The position numbers were made by a program, and so were the translations under genes. Of a DNA stretch of 64,000 nt, positions 51,495 to 62,905 are shown piece by piece. Under the pieces are notes generated by a model. That model did no database searches and was not told the origin of the DNA. It saw only the letters and a program-made list of their open reading frames with translations. The DNA is from Candidatus Oxydemutator sp. (GTDB taxonomy: Bacteria > Pseudomonadota > Gammaproteobacteria > Poriferisulfidales > Oxydemutatoraceae). The DNA lies in the NCBI GenBank assembly GCA_965203445.1, contig OZ241883.1, positions 2,193,843 through 2,257,842 on the forward strand, given 5' to 3'. Position 1 is the stretch's first letter, and each line of letters begins with the position of its first letter.

Positions 51495-52672
51495 CCCTGC
51501 AATATCCTCTTGACGTTGCGCACCGCCTGGCGTATACGCTGTTCGTTCTCTATCAGGCTGAAGCGCACGTGGCCGGCGTCGTCTTCGTGCTCGCCGAAGC
51601 CGACGCCGGGCGAGACCGCGACCCGCGCGCGCTCGAGCAGCATCTTCGAGAAACTGAGCGTGTCCACGTCGCGGTACGCCTGCGGCAACGGCGCCCACAC
51701 GAACATCGTCGCGCGCGGCTTGTCGAACTCCCAGCCGGCGGCGGCCAGCCCGTCGCACAAGACGTCGCGACGGCTGCGATACAGTCGCCGCGTCTGCTCG
51801 ACGCAATCCTGCGGCCCCTCGAGCGCGCTGATCGCGGCCACCTGCACCGGCGTGAACAGACCGTAATCGAGATAGGACTTGATCCGCGCCAGCGCCGACA
51901 CCAGGTCGCGGTTGCCGCACATGAAACCGACGCGCCAGCCGGGCATATTATAGGTTTTCGACAGCGAATAAAATTCCGCGGCGATTTCGCGCGCGCGCGG
52001 CACTTGCAGGATCGAGGGCGCGCGGTAGCCGTCGAACACGAGCTCGCCGTAGGCCAGATCGTTGACGACCCAGATGCCGTGCTCCGACGCGACCTCGACC
52101 ACCTGCTCGAAGAACTCGAGCTCGACGCAGTCGGTCGTCGGGTTGGTCGGAAAGTTCAGTATCAGCAACTTCGGTTTCGGCCAGCTGTCGCGGATGGCCT
52201 TGGCCAGCGCCGGAAAAAAATCCGCCATCGGCGCAATCGGGATGTAGTGCACGTCGGCACCGGCGATAACGCAACCGTACGGATGAATCGGATAGGCCGG
52301 CGTCGGCACCAGCACGCGCTCGCCGGGTTCGAGCATCGCCAGCGCCAGGTGCGCCAGCCCTTCCTTCGAGCCCAGGGTGACGATGGCCTCGCTGTCCGGA
52401 TCGAGTTCGACGTCGAACTTGCGTTTGTACCAGTTGCAGATCGCCGCGCGCAGGCGCGGGATGCCGCGCGACGTCGAGTAGCGGTGCGTGTTCCTGCGCT
52501 GCGCCACCTCGATGAGCTTGGCGGTTACGTGCGCCGGCGCCGGCTGGTCGGGATTGCCCATGCCGAAGTCCACGACGTCCTCGCCGCGCGCGCGCGCCTC
52601 CTGCTTCAGGCGATTGACGATGTCGAAGACATACGGCGGCAGGCGGCGGATGCGGTGGAATTCCCGGGTCAT
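51491..52672 (-). CDS. alaC: Class I/II aminotransferase (AlaC-type alanine/glutamate-pyruvate transaminase)
   Basis: FGMGNPD and SLSKTYNMPGWRVGF (PLP lysine). Conserved position upstream of hom-thrC. Confidence 0.8.
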   Translation of the reverse strand: MTREFHRIRRLPPYVFDIVNRLKQEARARGEDVVDFGMGNPDQPAPAHVTAKLIEVAQRRNTHRYSTSRGIPRLRAAICNWYKRKFDVELDPDSEAIVTLGSKEGLAHLALAMLEPGERVLVPTPAYPIHPYGCVIAGADVHYIPIAPMADFFPALAKAIRDSWPKPKLLILNFPTNPTTDCVELEFFEQVVEVASEHGIWVVNDLAYGELVFDGYRAPSILQVPRAREIAAEFYSLSKTYNMPGWRVGFMCGNRDLVSALARIKSYLDYGLFTPVQVAAISALEGPQDCVEQTRRLYRSRRDVLCDGLAAAGWEFDKPRATMFVWAPLPQAYRDVDTLSFSKMLLERARVAVSPGVGFGEHEDDAGHVRFSLIENEQRIRQAVRNVKRILQG

Positions 52673-52686
52673 GGCGCGGCCGTTGC

Positions 52687-53454
52687 TCACGACGCCGGCA
52701 GATAGCGCAGCGCGTTGACGGCGCGACCGCGCCTCCTGATCTCGAAATACAACGCCGCTCCTCTCGTGTATATGCTTTCCCGCGCAAGAAGTCCGAGGGG
52801 CGCGCCGGCGGCGACCTGGTCTCCTTCCCGCACCAGCAGCCGGTCGTTGCCGCCGTAGGCGCTGAAGAAATCGCCGGCGTGGCGCACGATAACGAGGCCC
52901 TGGTAATGCTTCAGGCCGAAACCGCTGTAGACGACGCGCCCGGCGGCGGCGCTGTGCACCGTCTGCCCGGCAGCGCCGCGCATCAGCAGACCGTGACCGC
53001 CGCCGGCGCGTCTCGCACGCGCCTTCAAGTGCGGCGAGCGCAACGGCCATTTCCACGCGGGTGCCTTGGCCGCGCGCGTCGTCTTGGGCGCGGGCGCGGC
53101 GCTCGGCGCGTTCTCGGCGGGCTTCGCCGGGCGTTCGTCCTCGGGCGCGACGCGGCGGTAATCGGCGGGCGGTCTCAGGCGCAGGCGCTGGCCCGGATAG
53201 ATCAGGTAGCGCGGCGCCTTGACGTCGTTCCAATCGGCCAGTTCGCGGTAGTCAAGCGTGTGCAACCACGCGATCGCATACAGCGTGTCGCCCTTGCGTA
53301 CGACGTGCTCGCCACTTTGCGGCGAGGGGTGCCCGTCCTCGCGCGGCTCGTCGCCGCTGAAGAACTCGTAGTCGGCGCCGCAACCGTGCAGCAAGAACGC
53401 GAGCGCGGCCAGCAGCGCGAACGCGAACACCGGAAGAGCAGAAACGCGCGGCAT
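52687..53454 (-). CDS. nlpD: LysM/M23-peptidase lipoprotein (NlpD-like)
   Basis: Lipobox LLHGC. LysM (HVVRKGDTLYAIAWLH ... YPGQRLRL). C-terminal M23-like domain. Position downstream of surE-pcm. Confidence 0.8.
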   Translation of the reverse strand: MPRVSALPVFAFALLAALAFLLHGCGADYEFFSGDEPREDGHPSPQSGEHVVRKGDTLYAIAWLHTLDYRELADWNDVKAPRYLIYPGQRLRLRPPADYRRVAPEDERPAKPAENAPSAAPAPKTTRAAKAPAWKWPLRSPHLKARARRAGGGHGLLMRGAAGQTVHSAAAGRVVYSGFGLKHYQGLVIVRHAGDFFSAYGGNDRLLVREGDQVAAGAPLGLLARESIYTRGAALYFEIRRRGRAVNALRYLPAS

Positions 53455-54035
53455 CACAGGTAACGATAGGCGATGGCGGCGGCCAGCAGCGCGACGACGA
53501 TCCAGCCGGCGACCTCGATACGCTTCTCTATATAGGAAAACAGCGCCGGGCCGAAGCGTTTCATCAAAAACCCGACCAGCCCGAAACGCGCGCCGCGCCC
53601 GAGCAACGACGCCAGCACGAACAACGCCAGGCTCTGGCCAAGCACGCCGGCGCTGATCGTGAACAGCTTGTACGGCACCGGCGTCAACGCGGCGACGAAC
53701 ACGATCCACACGCCCCACTCGTAGAACATTGCAACCGCGTCCTGGTATTCGCCCCAGTAGCCGGCGGCGTGCAGCCACGGCTCGATCCAGTCGAACAGGA
53801 ACACGCCGACGGCGTAACCAAAGATGCCGCCCAGGGCCGAGAACACCGTCGTCCACGCGACCAGGCGCGCGGTGCGCGGCGGGTGCAGCGCGCACATCGG
53901 TGCGAGCATCACGTCGGTCGGAACCGGGAACACCACCGACTCGCAAAAACTCAGGCCGTAGAGGTACTTCTCGGCGCCGCGCCTGCCGATCAGCGACATG
54001 GTCGCGGCGTAGGGGCGGGCGAACAGCGACATCAT
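53454..54035 (-). CDS. DedA/YqaA-family inner-membrane protein
   Basis: 193 aa, multi-TM, matching the YqaA-like pattern (ESVVFPVPTDVML ... SALGGIFGY). Confidence 0.65.
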   Translation of the reverse strand: MMSLFARPYAATMSLIGRRGAEKYLYGLSFCESVVFPVPTDVMLAPMCALHPPRTARLVAWTTVFSALGGIFGYAVGVFLFDWIEPWLHAAGYWGEYQDAVAMFYEWGVWIVFVAALTPVPYKLFTISAGVLGQSLALFVLASLLGRGARFGLVGFLMKRFGPALFSYIEKRIEVAGWIVVALLAAAIAYRYL

Positions 54036-54730
54036 CCGCCGTTTGCGCCCACCAGCGGCACAAACCTGACCGGCAGCAGGCGGCGTTCGGAATAGCCGCG
54101 GCGGGTGCGCGTTATCAACGTCAATTCCTGGGTCTCGGTGGCGTCGCCCAGCGGCACCACCGCGCGCCCGCCGACGGCCAGCTGATCGAGCAGCGCCGAC
54201 GGCATTTCGGCGGCGGCGGCGGTGACCATGACGCCGTCGTACGGCGCGAACTGCCGCCACCCCCTGGCGCCGTCACCGCGGCGAAAGTGCACGTTGGCGT
54301 AGCCCAGCTCCCCGAGCAGCGCGCGCGCGCGCTGGTAGAGCGCCGCGACGCGCTCGATGGTGAACACGCGCGCCACCAACGCCGCAAGCACCGCGGTCTG
54401 GTAGCCGGAACCGGTGCCGACCTCGAGCACCTGCCGCACCTTGCCCGCGCGCAGCAGGGTCTGAGTCATGTAGGCGACGACGTACGGCTGCGAGATCGTC
54501 TGCCCGTGGCCGATGGACAGCGAGCGGTCGGCGTAGGCCAGGCTCTCGAAGCCGGTCTCGACAAAGCGGTGGCGTGGCACCTCGACCATCGCCTTCAGCA
54601 CGCGCTCGTCGCCGATGCGGCGGTCGCGCAGTTTCGCGGCCAAGCCCTCGCGCAGCGAGCGCGAAAAGCGGCGCGACGCGGCGCTTTGTCCGCCGCCTCG
54701 TTCATCGAGGAAGCCACGACGCGCGCTCAT
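54032..54730 (-). CDS. pcm: Protein-L-isoaspartate O-methyltransferase
   Basis: SQP motif (ISQPYVVA) and AdoMet motif [11 protein letters not shown]. Confidence 0.9.
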   Translation of the reverse strand: MSARRGFLDERGGGQSAASRRFSRSLREGLAAKLRDRRIGDERVLKAMVEVPRHRFVETGFESLAYADRSLSIGHGQTISQPYVVAYMTQTLLRAGKVRQVLEVGTGSGYQTAVLAALVARVFTIERVAALYQRARALLGELGYANVHFRRGDGARGWRQFAPYDGVMVTAAAAEMPSALLDQLAVGGRAVVPLGDATETQELTLITRTRRGYSERRLLPVRFVPLVGANGG

Positions 54731-55476
54731 CGCCGTTCGAGCCAGCGCCCGACCTCGTCGAGCGACTGGTGGCGCGTCAAGTCCACCTGCAACGGCGTGA
54801 CCGACACGCAATCCTCGCCGATTGCGTGAAAGTCGGTGCCGGCGCCGGCGTCCTGTTCGGGGCCGGCGGCGCCGACCCAGTAGATCGGGCGCCCCTGCGG
54901 ATCCTCGGACTTGATCGCCGGTTCGGCGCGGTGGCGGCTGCCCAGGCGCGTCGCGCGCTCGCCTTTGATCGCGGACAGCGGCCGATCCGGGATGTTGACG
55001 TTGAGTATGAACTCCGCCGGCAACGGTTCGCGCTGAAGCCGCTCGACTTGGCGGCGCGCGATTTGCGCCGCGTCCTCGAGGTGGCGCGGATGGCTCGAGC
55101 AGACCGAGACCGCGATCGCCGGAAAGCCGAGAAAGCGCCCTTCCATGGCCGCGGCCACGGTGCCCGAGTAGAGCACGTCGTCGCCCAGGTTGGCGCCGGC
55201 GTTGACGCCGGCGACCACCATGTCCGGCTCGCGCGCCTCGAGCAGCCCGGTCACCGCGAGATGGACGCAGTCGGTCGGGGTGCCGTCCACCGCGTAGCAG
55301 TTCTCGTCCATGCGGCTCACGCGCAGCGGGCGCTCGAGCGTCAGCGAATTGCTGGCGGCCGAGCGGTCGAGGGTCGGCGCCACTACCGTGACCTCGGCGA
55401 CTTGCGCGAGCTGACGCGCCAGAATACGAAGACCGCGGCTGTCGTAACCATCGTCGTTACTGATTAAAATGTGCAT
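54727..55476 (-). CDS. surE: 5'/3'-nucleotidase SurE
   Basis: N-terminal [15 protein letters not shown] catalytic motif. 249 aa. Confidence 0.9.
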   Translation of the reverse strand: MHILISNDDGYDSRGLRILARQLAQVAEVTVVAPTLDRSAASNSLTLERPLRVSRMDENCYAVDGTPTDCVHLAVTGLLEAREPDMVVAGVNAGANLGDDVLYSGTVAAAMEGRFLGFPAIAVSVCSSHPRHLEDAAQIARRQVERLQREPLPAEFILNVNIPDRPLSAIKGERATRLGSRHRAEPAIKSEDPQGRPIYWVGAAGPEQDAGAGTDFHAIGEDCVSVTPLQVDLTRHQSLDEVGRWLERR

Positions 55477-55488
55477 AATGAGTACGCC

Positions 55489-56001
55489 ATGATCGCCGAA
55501 AACGACAACCAGCCGAAATCCGCGCCGAATTTCAGGGAATTGCTCGCCGACCCCGGCAGGCTCGCGGACGCGCGCCCGCCGCGCCGCCGCGCCGCGAGAC
55601 CGGCAGCCGCAATGCGCACAATCGCAAGGGATTATAGCCGCAACGCGCCCGAATTTCCGGTTCTCGACGCGCCGCCGCCGAGATTTGTCAAAGCCGGCGT
55701 CAACCGCGCCGACCGGCGCAAGTTCGAAAAAGGCAGGATGGCGATGCGCAAATTCGATCTGCACGGCTGCACGCGCGACCGGGCGGTGAGCGAACTCGAG
55801 CACGAAATCCGCCAATGCGTGGCCAACGACGTGCGCTGCCTGCTGGTCGTCGTCGGCATCGGGCGCTTCTCGAAAGGCGCGCCGGTGCTGAAGACGCACG
55901 TGCTCTCCTATCTGATGCAACACGACGACGTGCTCGCCTACGCACCCGCCAAAAGCAGAGACGGCGCCGCCGGCGCGGTGTACGTGATGCTGCGGAGATA
56001 A
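55489..56001 (+). CDS. Smr-domain protein
   Basis: C-terminal Smr domain ([16 protein letters not shown] ... LLVVVGIG ... LKTHVLSYL). ATG at 55489 preferred over the GTG at 55471. Confidence 0.7.
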   Translation: MIAENDNQPKSAPNFRELLADPGRLADARPPRRRAARPAAAMRTIARDYSRNAPEFPVLDAPPPRFVKAGVNRADRRKFEKGRMAMRKFDLHGCTRDRAVSELEHEIRQCVANDVRCLLVVVGIGRFSKGAPVLKTHVLSYLMQHDDVLAYAPAKSRDGAAGAVYVMLRR

Positions 56002-56002
56002 C

Positions 56003-57295
56003 GTGGCGCGTACCGCCCCCGAACCGGTCGCGCACGACCATAGTTGCGGCGACGACTTCGATCCGCAATCGCTGCCGTTCGACGAGGCGCTGCGCCGGGT
56101 GCTGGAGGCGGCGCCGGCGCCGGCGCAATCGCAACGGCTGCCGCTCGGCGACGCCCTCGGGCGGGTGCTGGCACGCGACGTGCGCGCGCGCTGCGACGTG
56201 CCCGGACATACGAATTCGGCGATGGACGGCTATGCGGTGCGCGCGCGGGATCTGCCGCGCGCCGGCGCGGCGCGTTTCAAGGTCATCGGCGCGGCGTTCG
56301 CCGGACGTCCTTTCGACGGCGCGGTCGGCGCCGGCGAATGCGTGCGCATCATGACCGGCGGCGTCATGCCGCGAGGCGCCGACACCGTCGTGATCCAGGA
56401 GCACGCGGCCGCCGACGGCGACGGCCCGGGCGCGCGCGTTGCGATCAACGCCGGGCACCGCGCCGGGCAGAACGTGCGCCGCGCCGGCGAAGACGTAGCC
56501 CACGGCGACGTCGCACTGATGCGCGGCAGACGCTTGTCGGCGGCCGACGTCGGCCTGCTCGCGGCACTCGGCGTCGGCGAGGTCGAGGCGTTCCGAAGGC
56601 CCAAGGTGCTCCTGTTCTCGACCGGCGACGAACTGCGCCCGGTCGGCGCGCCGCTCAAAGCCGGCGAGGTGTACGACAGCAACCGCCATACCATCGCGTG
56701 TATGTTGCGGCGCCTGGGCGCGGACGTCGGCGACCTCGGCGTCGTGCGCGACGACCGCGAACAACTGCGCGCGGCGTTCGCCGAAGGCGCGCGCGGCCAC
56801 GACGCGGTCATCACCTCGGGCGGCGTCTCGGTCGGCGAGGCCGATTTTACGAAGCGCACGCTGGACGAGCTGGGCGAGGTCGGCTTCTGGAAGATCGCGA
56901 TGAAACCAGGGCGGCCTTTTGCATTCGGGCGCATAGCCGACGCCGTCTATTTCGGGCTGCCCGGCAACCCGGTGTCGGTCATGGCGACGTTCTACGTGCT
57001 GGTGCAGCCGGCGCTCCGGAAGATGATGGGCGAGAACGACGTCGCGCCGTTCAAGCTGCGCGCGCGCTGCACGTCGGCGTTGCGCAAACGCCCGGGGCGC
57101 GTCGAGTTTCAGCGCGGCATCCTGACCGCCGGCAGCGGCGCCGGGTTGCCCGCGGTCGAGTCCACCGGCGCGCAGGGTTCCGGCATCCTCAGTTCGATGT
57201 CGCGCGCGAACTGTTTCATCTTTCTGCCGGAGGACGCGGGCGAGATCGCCGCCGGCGGCGAAGTAACGGTGCTGCCTTTCGCCGGACTGGCGTGA
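56003..57295 (+). CDS. moeA: Molybdopterin molybdotransferase MoeA
   Basis: Collinear with E. coli MoeA ([13 protein letters not shown] ... TGDEL ... [13 protein letters not shown] ... GLPGNPVSV). GTG start. Confidence 0.9.
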   Translation: MARTAPEPVAHDHSCGDDFDPQSLPFDEALRRVLEAAPAPAQSQRLPLGDALGRVLARDVRARCDVPGHTNSAMDGYAVRARDLPRAGAARFKVIGAAFAGRPFDGAVGAGECVRIMTGGVMPRGADTVVIQEHAAADGDGPGARVAINAGHRAGQNVRRAGEDVAHGDVALMRGRRLSAADVGLLAALGVGEVEAFRRPKVLLFSTGDELRPVGAPLKAGEVYDSNRHTIACMLRRLGADVGDLGVVRDDREQLRAAFAEGARGHDAVITSGGVSVGEADFTKRTLDELGEVGFWKIAMKPGRPFAFGRIADAVYFGLPGNPVSVMATFYVLVQPALRKMMGENDVAPFKLRARCTSALRKRPGRVEFQRGILTAGSGAGLPAVESTGAQGSGILSSMSRANCFIFLPEDAGEIAAGGEVTVLPFAGLA

Positions 57296-57296
57296 A

Positions 57297-57881
57297 TCAG
57301 GAGGACACGAACACCACGTTCAGGCTGACCGGTATCGTCGTCGGTATCTTGAACAATCCGACCAACGCGCGCAGCGTCTCGAAGCCGTCGAGCATGCCGT
57401 AGGCCTTTGCGTCCACCAGGATCGGCTCGACCGTCTGCACCAGCAGGCCGCCGCCGTCGAGACCGGTGACGCGCACCTTTGCGCTGAGCGGGCGCGTCTG
57501 CCCGCGCAGGTTCAACTCGGCGGACAAGTCGTGCAACGCGGTGCCGCCGGGCGCCAAGCCGCGTCGCACCGCCTGCGGCAGCGACAGCGACACCGTCGCC
57601 CGCGGATACCGGGCGACGGCAAAAGCATGCTCCTTGACGCGCTCGTCGCGGAGCGCGACGCCGGTATCCACGCTGTCGAGGTCTACGACGACGCGCACGC
57701 CGCCGTTCTCGTCTATGGTTCCCGAGAAGCGGTGAAAACGGTTCGGCTCGAAGATCGCGGTGTGCGCGCCGACGACGATCTTGCTCGACAGGTACGTGAT
57801 CGAGGATCGCGCCGCGTCCAGCTTCCAATCGGCGAACGCGCCCGGCGACAACGCCAGGCATAAAAGAATCAGATAACGCAT
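57297..57881 (-). CDS. YceI-family periplasmic protein
   Basis: Signal peptide followed by a YceI-like lipocalin fold (WKLDAARSSITYLSSK). TGATG coupling to moaE. Confidence 0.75.
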   Translation of the reverse strand: MRYLILLCLALSPGAFADWKLDAARSSITYLSSKIVVGAHTAIFEPNRFHRFSGTIDENGGVRVVVDLDSVDTGVALRDERVKEHAFAVARYPRATVSLSLPQAVRRGLAPGGTALHDLSAELNLRGQTRPLSAKVRVTGLDGGGLLVQTVEPILVDAKAYGMLDGFETLRALVGLFKIPTTIPVSLNVVFVSS

Positions 57882-58366
57882 CAGACTGCCTCCATGACCG
57901 CCGGTTCGCTCGCGGGCGGCGTATTGTGCTCGACCCAACGTTCCTCGCTCGGGCCGTCGCCGGGGGCGCCACCGGCGAGTCTTTCCTTTTTCCAGAACGG
58001 CGCCCTCGCCTTCAATTCCTCGACCAGCAAGCGATTGACGGCACAGGCCGCGCGCCGGTGCGCGGCCCAGACCGCGACCGCGACAATCGCATCGCCCGGA
58101 TAGACCCAACCGACGCGGTGCGCGATGAACAGGTCCTCGACGGCGTGCAGTCGGCGCGCCTCCCGCGCCGCGCGACGCAGGAAGCGCTCCGTCATAGCGG
58201 GGTAATGCTCAAGCCACATCGCCTCGACGGCGGCGCCTTCGTTGCAGTCGCGCATCGTGCCGACGAACAGCGACTGCGCGCCGAAACTGCCGCGCCGCAA
58301 ACGCTCCTGGTGCGCCCGCACCTTGCGCCACGGATCGAACGGTTTTTCAAGGATCTCTATTTCCAA
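57881..58366 (-). CDS. moaE: Molybdopterin synthase catalytic subunit MoaE
   Basis: FDPW ... GAxxxFxGTMRD ... LEHYPxMTE ... RAPFWKKE, collinear with E. coli MoaE. Confidence 0.85.
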   Translation of the reverse strand: MEIEILEKPFDPWRKVRAHQERLRRGSFGAQSLFVGTMRDCNEGAAVEAMWLEHYPAMTERFLRRAAREARRLHAVEDLFIAHRVGWVYPGDAIVAVAVWAAHRRAACAVNRLLVEELKARAPFWKKERLAGGAPGDGPSEERWVEHNTPPASEPAVMEAV

Positions 58367-58433
58367 CGAAACCTCCGTCTGCGCAAGGAATTATATAGGA
58401 GATCCATGGGAATGATGGGAATTACACACGGCT

Positions 58434-59672
58434 TCAGGCGGGACAGCGGCGGTGCAGCAGCAGCGCGGTCAGCAGCATCAGCACGGCGGTGACTACGAAG
58501 GCTGCTTGCAGGCCGTCGTAGAATACCGCGACCGCGCCCAAGGTGCCGCTGCCGGCGGCGTAGCCGAAATCGCGCCAGAAACGATACACGCCCATCGCCG
58601 GCGCGCGCAGCGCGGGCGAACTGAAGCGGCTGATGACCGTGCTCAACGTCGGGTAGAGCAGGCCCATGCCGACGCCCATTATCAGCGCGTTGGCGTACCA
58701 CCACGCCGGATGGTCGAACGCGAGTATCGTGAGCGCGGTGACGCCGCACAGCACCATGCCGGAGTTGATAAGCCACTTCAATGAGACGCGGTCCGCGAGC
58801 AATCCCGACGGCAGTTGCACGACGCCCCACGCGACCGCGTAGGTGCCGGTGATCAGGCCGATCTGCGGCAGCGAAAATCCGCGCCGGTAGAGATAGACCG
58901 GAAACACGACCCACACCAGCACGTCTATGAATTTCTCGACCAGGCCGGCCAGGCACACCACCGACGAAACCTTGTCGCCGAAACTGACGTGCCAAAACGT
59001 GCCGCGCCCCGTGCCGGCCTTTTGCGCGCTATCGCGTCTTGCGCCGGCGTCCTTGACGGCCGCGGGCAGCGTCTCGAAACACAATATCGAGGCCAACGAC
59101 AATGCGACGCCTATCATCAACGTGCTGAATACGAGCAGTCCGGCGCGGGTACCGAGCGCCAGCACCAGTTCCGGCGTCAGGTAGCCGCCGAGCGCGACGC
59201 CGAAATAGCCGGCGAATTCGTTCCAGCCGATGACGGTGCCGTGGCGCTCGCGCGCGACCAGATCGAGTTTGGCGATCTGCGACATGGACCAGCAGCAACC
59301 CTGCTGCGCGCCGAGCAGCACGGTGGCGACGACGATCCACCACCAGTCGGCGGCGTACACCAGCATCGCCGGGATCGGCACCGCGAACAGCCAGCCGACG
59401 ACGAGGACACGCTTGCGTCCGTGGAGATTCGACAGGCCGCCGGCCCACAGGTTCGCAAAACTCTTGACAACGCCGAAAGCCAGGACGAAACTGGCGAGCA
59501 ACAGGTACGAGTCGCGCGGCACCTGGAACTCGGTCTCGGACATGACCGGAATGACCGTGCGAAACAAACCCAGCGTCATGCCGGTGAAGAAAACCTGCAA
59601 TACGAACTGCGCCAGTTGGAAGCGCCGCGAACGGACGTCGAAGCGGGCGAGGTTTTCGATGGCATACCGCAT
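58434..59672 (-). CDS. MFS transporter
   Basis: 12 predicted TM helices. MFS motif-A-like GRKRVLVVG between TM2 and TM3. Confidence 0.8.
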   Translation of the reverse strand: MRYAIENLARFDVRSRRFQLAQFVLQVFFTGMTLGLFRTVIPVMSETEFQVPRDSYLLLASFVLAFGVVKSFANLWAGGLSNLHGRKRVLVVGWLFAVPIPAMLVYAADWWWIVVATVLLGAQQGCCWSMSQIAKLDLVARERHGTVIGWNEFAGYFGVALGGYLTPELVLALGTRAGLLVFSTLMIGVALSLASILCFETLPAAVKDAGARRDSAQKAGTGRGTFWHVSFGDKVSSVVCLAGLVEKFIDVLVWVVFPVYLYRRGFSLPQIGLITGTYAVAWGVVQLPSGLLADRVSLKWLINSGMVLCGVTALTILAFDHPAWWYANALIMGVGMGLLYPTLSTVISRFSSPALRAPAMGVYRFWRDFGYAAGSGTLGAVAVFYDGLQAAFVVTAVLMLLTALLLHRRCPA

Positions 59673-59699
59673 GGTGTATCCCGCCGATTATAAAGCGCC

Positions 59700-60452
59700 G
59701 TGAAGAAACACCCGTTCATTGCCGCCGGCGTGGTGCTCGCGCTGCTCGCGTGGGGCGGCTACACGCTGCTGGGGCCGGGGTCGCCGTGGCGCGCGCCCGA
59801 AATCGGCGCCGGCAACGGCGACGGATTGTGGCGCGGGCACTTCGACATCAACCGGCGCGGTCGTTACGAGTTCACCGCGCTGCACGTCGGCGGGCGGCTC
59901 ATCGCGCTCAGTCCCGACGCGCGCGTCGCCTACCGCGGCGACGTCGCTTTCGACGACGGCCGCTACCACGCCGAGATGGACATGTACTTCATCAACGGTT
60001 CGCCGTTTGATCGGGTGACGCTCGACGGCGACGTGACGTCCGCGCAGCGTATCGAGGCGCGCTTTACGACGCTCGGCGCCAAGGACGAAGGCAGCCTGGT
60101 GCTCGAATACGACCGGGCGCTGTACGAGAAAGGCGCTTCGCTCGAACGAGTACGCGGACGGTGGATACTCTACGAAGGATTCACGATCGCCAGGTTCACG
60201 ATCAAGGATGACGGCAAATTCCACGGCGCCGACGCCAACGGCTGCGACTACCAGGGCCTGATCGAGGTCATCAACCCCGACTACAACGCGTACCGCACGA
60301 GGCTGCTGGCGTCGTCGTGCGACGGCCTAGGCGGAGAGTTTGCGGGCATGGCGTTTTTGACCGGCAGCCTCGCCGAGGACGACACCCTGCACGTGCAGGT
60401 CGCGAACGACAACCGCGGGCTGTACATGCCGATCGTGCGTGACCGCGGCTGA
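59700..60452 (+). CDS. Hypothetical exported protein
   Basis: N-terminal signal peptide (MKKHPFIAAGVVLALLAWG). No known motif. Confidence 0.5.
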   Translation: MKKHPFIAAGVVLALLAWGGYTLLGPGSPWRAPEIGAGNGDGLWRGHFDINRRGRYEFTALHVGGRLIALSPDARVAYRGDVAFDDGRYHAEMDMYFINGSPFDRVTLDGDVTSAQRIEARFTTLGAKDEGSLVLEYDRALYEKGASLERVRGRWILYEGFTIARFTIKDDGKFHGADANGCDYQGLIEVINPDYNAYRTRLLASSCDGLGGEFAGMAFLTGSLAEDDTLHVQVANDNRGLYMPIVRDRG

Positions 60453-60494
60453 GGCGGCGGCGACCGCTACGCCGACACTTGTATCCAGCGACGG

Positions 60495-60570
<76 letters not shown>

Positions 60571-60612
60571 ACGCGACGGACGCGCGCAATGTAGCACACG
60601 CGCCGCGCGTGC

Positions 60613-61392
60613 TCAACCGGTCACGCCGCGCGTGCTCGATTCGAGGAACTCTATCAGGACTTTTACCTCGGGATGTTCGCGCGCGACTTCGAGGTGCCTG
60701 TCCAAATAACTACGCAGTCCGCCCGGCGTGCGCACCAGATCGAGATAAGCGTTGTGCAGCGCGCGGATTTTGTCGTCGGCGAAACCGGCGCGACGCAGCC
60801 CGACCTTGTTCAGGCCGTGGGTCCTGGCGGGGTTGCCCGAGGCCAGCGTGTACGGCGGCAGATCCTTCGAGAAGGCGCTGCCCTTGCCGCTGAACGCATA
60901 GGAGCCGACGCGGCAAAACTGGTGGATCAGGCTGAAGCCGCCGAGCGTCGCGTGGTCGCACACCTCGACGTGGCCGCCGAGCGACGCGCCGTTGGCGAAG
61001 ATCACGTGGTCGCCGACGACACAGTCGTGGGCGACGTGCACGTAGGCCATCAACAGGTTGTCGTCGCCGACGACGGTCTTGCCAAGCGCCACGCCGGTGC
61101 CTCGGTGGAGCGTGCAGTATTCGCGGATGACGTTGCGCTCGCCGATGATCAGTTCGGTGCGCTCGCCGCGAAATTTCTTATCCTGCGGTTCCTCGCCGAC
61201 CGAGGCGAACTGAAAAATGCGGTTGTCGCGGCCGATCGAGGTCGGCCCCTTGACGACGACGTGGGGGCCTATGCGGGTGCCGGCGCCGATCACGACGCCG
61301 GCGCCGATGACGCTGTAGGCGCCGACCGAGACGTCGGGCGCAAGTTCGGCCGCGGCGTCCACTATCGCGGTCGAATGTACGTCGGCGCCCAC
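60613..61392 (-). CDS. lpxA: Acyl-ACP--UDP-GlcNAc O-acyltransferase
   Basis: Hexapeptide-repeat left-handed beta-helix. Collinear LpxA, 259 aa. Confidence 0.95.
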   Translation of the reverse strand: MGADVHSTAIVDAAAELAPDVSVGAYSVIGAGVVIGAGTRIGPHVVVKGPTSIGRDNRIFQFASVGEEPQDKKFRGERTELIIGERNVIREYCTLHRGTGVALGKTVVGDDNLLMAYVHVAHDCVVGDHVIFANGASLGGHVEVCDHATLGGFSLIHQFCRVGSYAFSGKGSAFSKDLPPYTLASGNPARTHGLNKVGLRRAGFADDKIRALHNAYLDLVRTPGGLRSYLDRHLEVAREHPEVKVLIEFLESSTRGVTG

Positions 61393-61407
61393 GTCCGTTC
61401 CGCGCGG

Positions 61408-61835
<428 letters not shown>

Positions 61836-61839
<4 letters not shown>

Positions 61840-62879
61840 CGTCGCTCCCCGCCCCCGACGGCGTCCCCTTTCTCGAGCGCGCCGACGCGCCTTGCCAATT
61901 CGTCGAGGCGCCGGTGCCGCGAGGCACTGCGCAACCATTCGCGGTGCGGCTGGTGCGGCAGGCACGACGTATAGCGCCCGGCCCTGGGGATGGACTTGGT
62001 GACCGCGGTCATGCCGGAGATGACGACGTCGTCGCCGATCTCGACGTGGCCCTGGATACCGGAGTGGCCGCCGATCATGCAGCGCCTGCCGATGACGGCG
62101 CTGCCGGCGATGCCGACGCAGCCGGCGATCGCGGTGTCATCGCCGATGCGCACGTTGTGCCCTATCTGAACCAGGTTGTCTATCTTGACCCCATTGCCGA
62201 TGACGGTGGCGTCGAGGGCGCCGCGATCTATCGTCGTGTTGGCGCCGATCTCGACGTCGTCGCCGATCTCGACGCCGCCCAGCTGCTCGATCTTGACCCA
62301 GCGCCCGGCGCGGTTGGCATAGCCGAAACCGTCGGCGCCGATGACCGCGCCCGGATGGATCACGACCGCGCACCCCAGGCGCACCCCGCGTTGCAGCGTG
62401 ACCCGCGCGACCAGGCGGCAACGGCGGCCGATGCGGCAATTCTCCATCAGCACGCAATTCGGGCCTATGACCGTGCCGTCGCCGAGGCGGCAGCCGGAGG
62501 CGACGACGCTGCCGGCCGCGATCGCGACGTCCTCGCCCAGAACGGCGTCGGCGGCGACGACCGCGGTCGGATGCAGGCCTGGGCACGGTGCGTGATCGCG
62601 GCGGAACAACCGCGAGATGTCGGCGAAGGCCAGGTAGGGATCGTCGCAGACCAGCGCCGGCAGACGGCACGCGGCGCCGTCGGCGGCGCGCAGCACGATG
62701 GCCGAGGCGCGCGTCCCGGCGAGCAGATGGCGGTGCCTGGAGTCGCCGAGAAACGTCAGCTGGCCGGCGCGCGCGCGGTCGAGACTGCCGAGGCCGCGGA
62801 TCTCCGGATCGCCCGCGCCCCTGCGCTCGGCACCGGAGTACTCCGCCAGTTCGGACAGCGTGTAGCTCCTTGTTTGCAT
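61836..62879 (-). CDS. lpxD: UDP-3-O-acylglucosamine N-acyltransferase
   Basis: N-terminal LpxD domain plus hexapeptide repeats. ATGA overlap with fabZ. Confidence 0.95.
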
Positions 62880-62905
62880 CGGCGCGGACGGCGGCGCGGC
62901 GGCGG

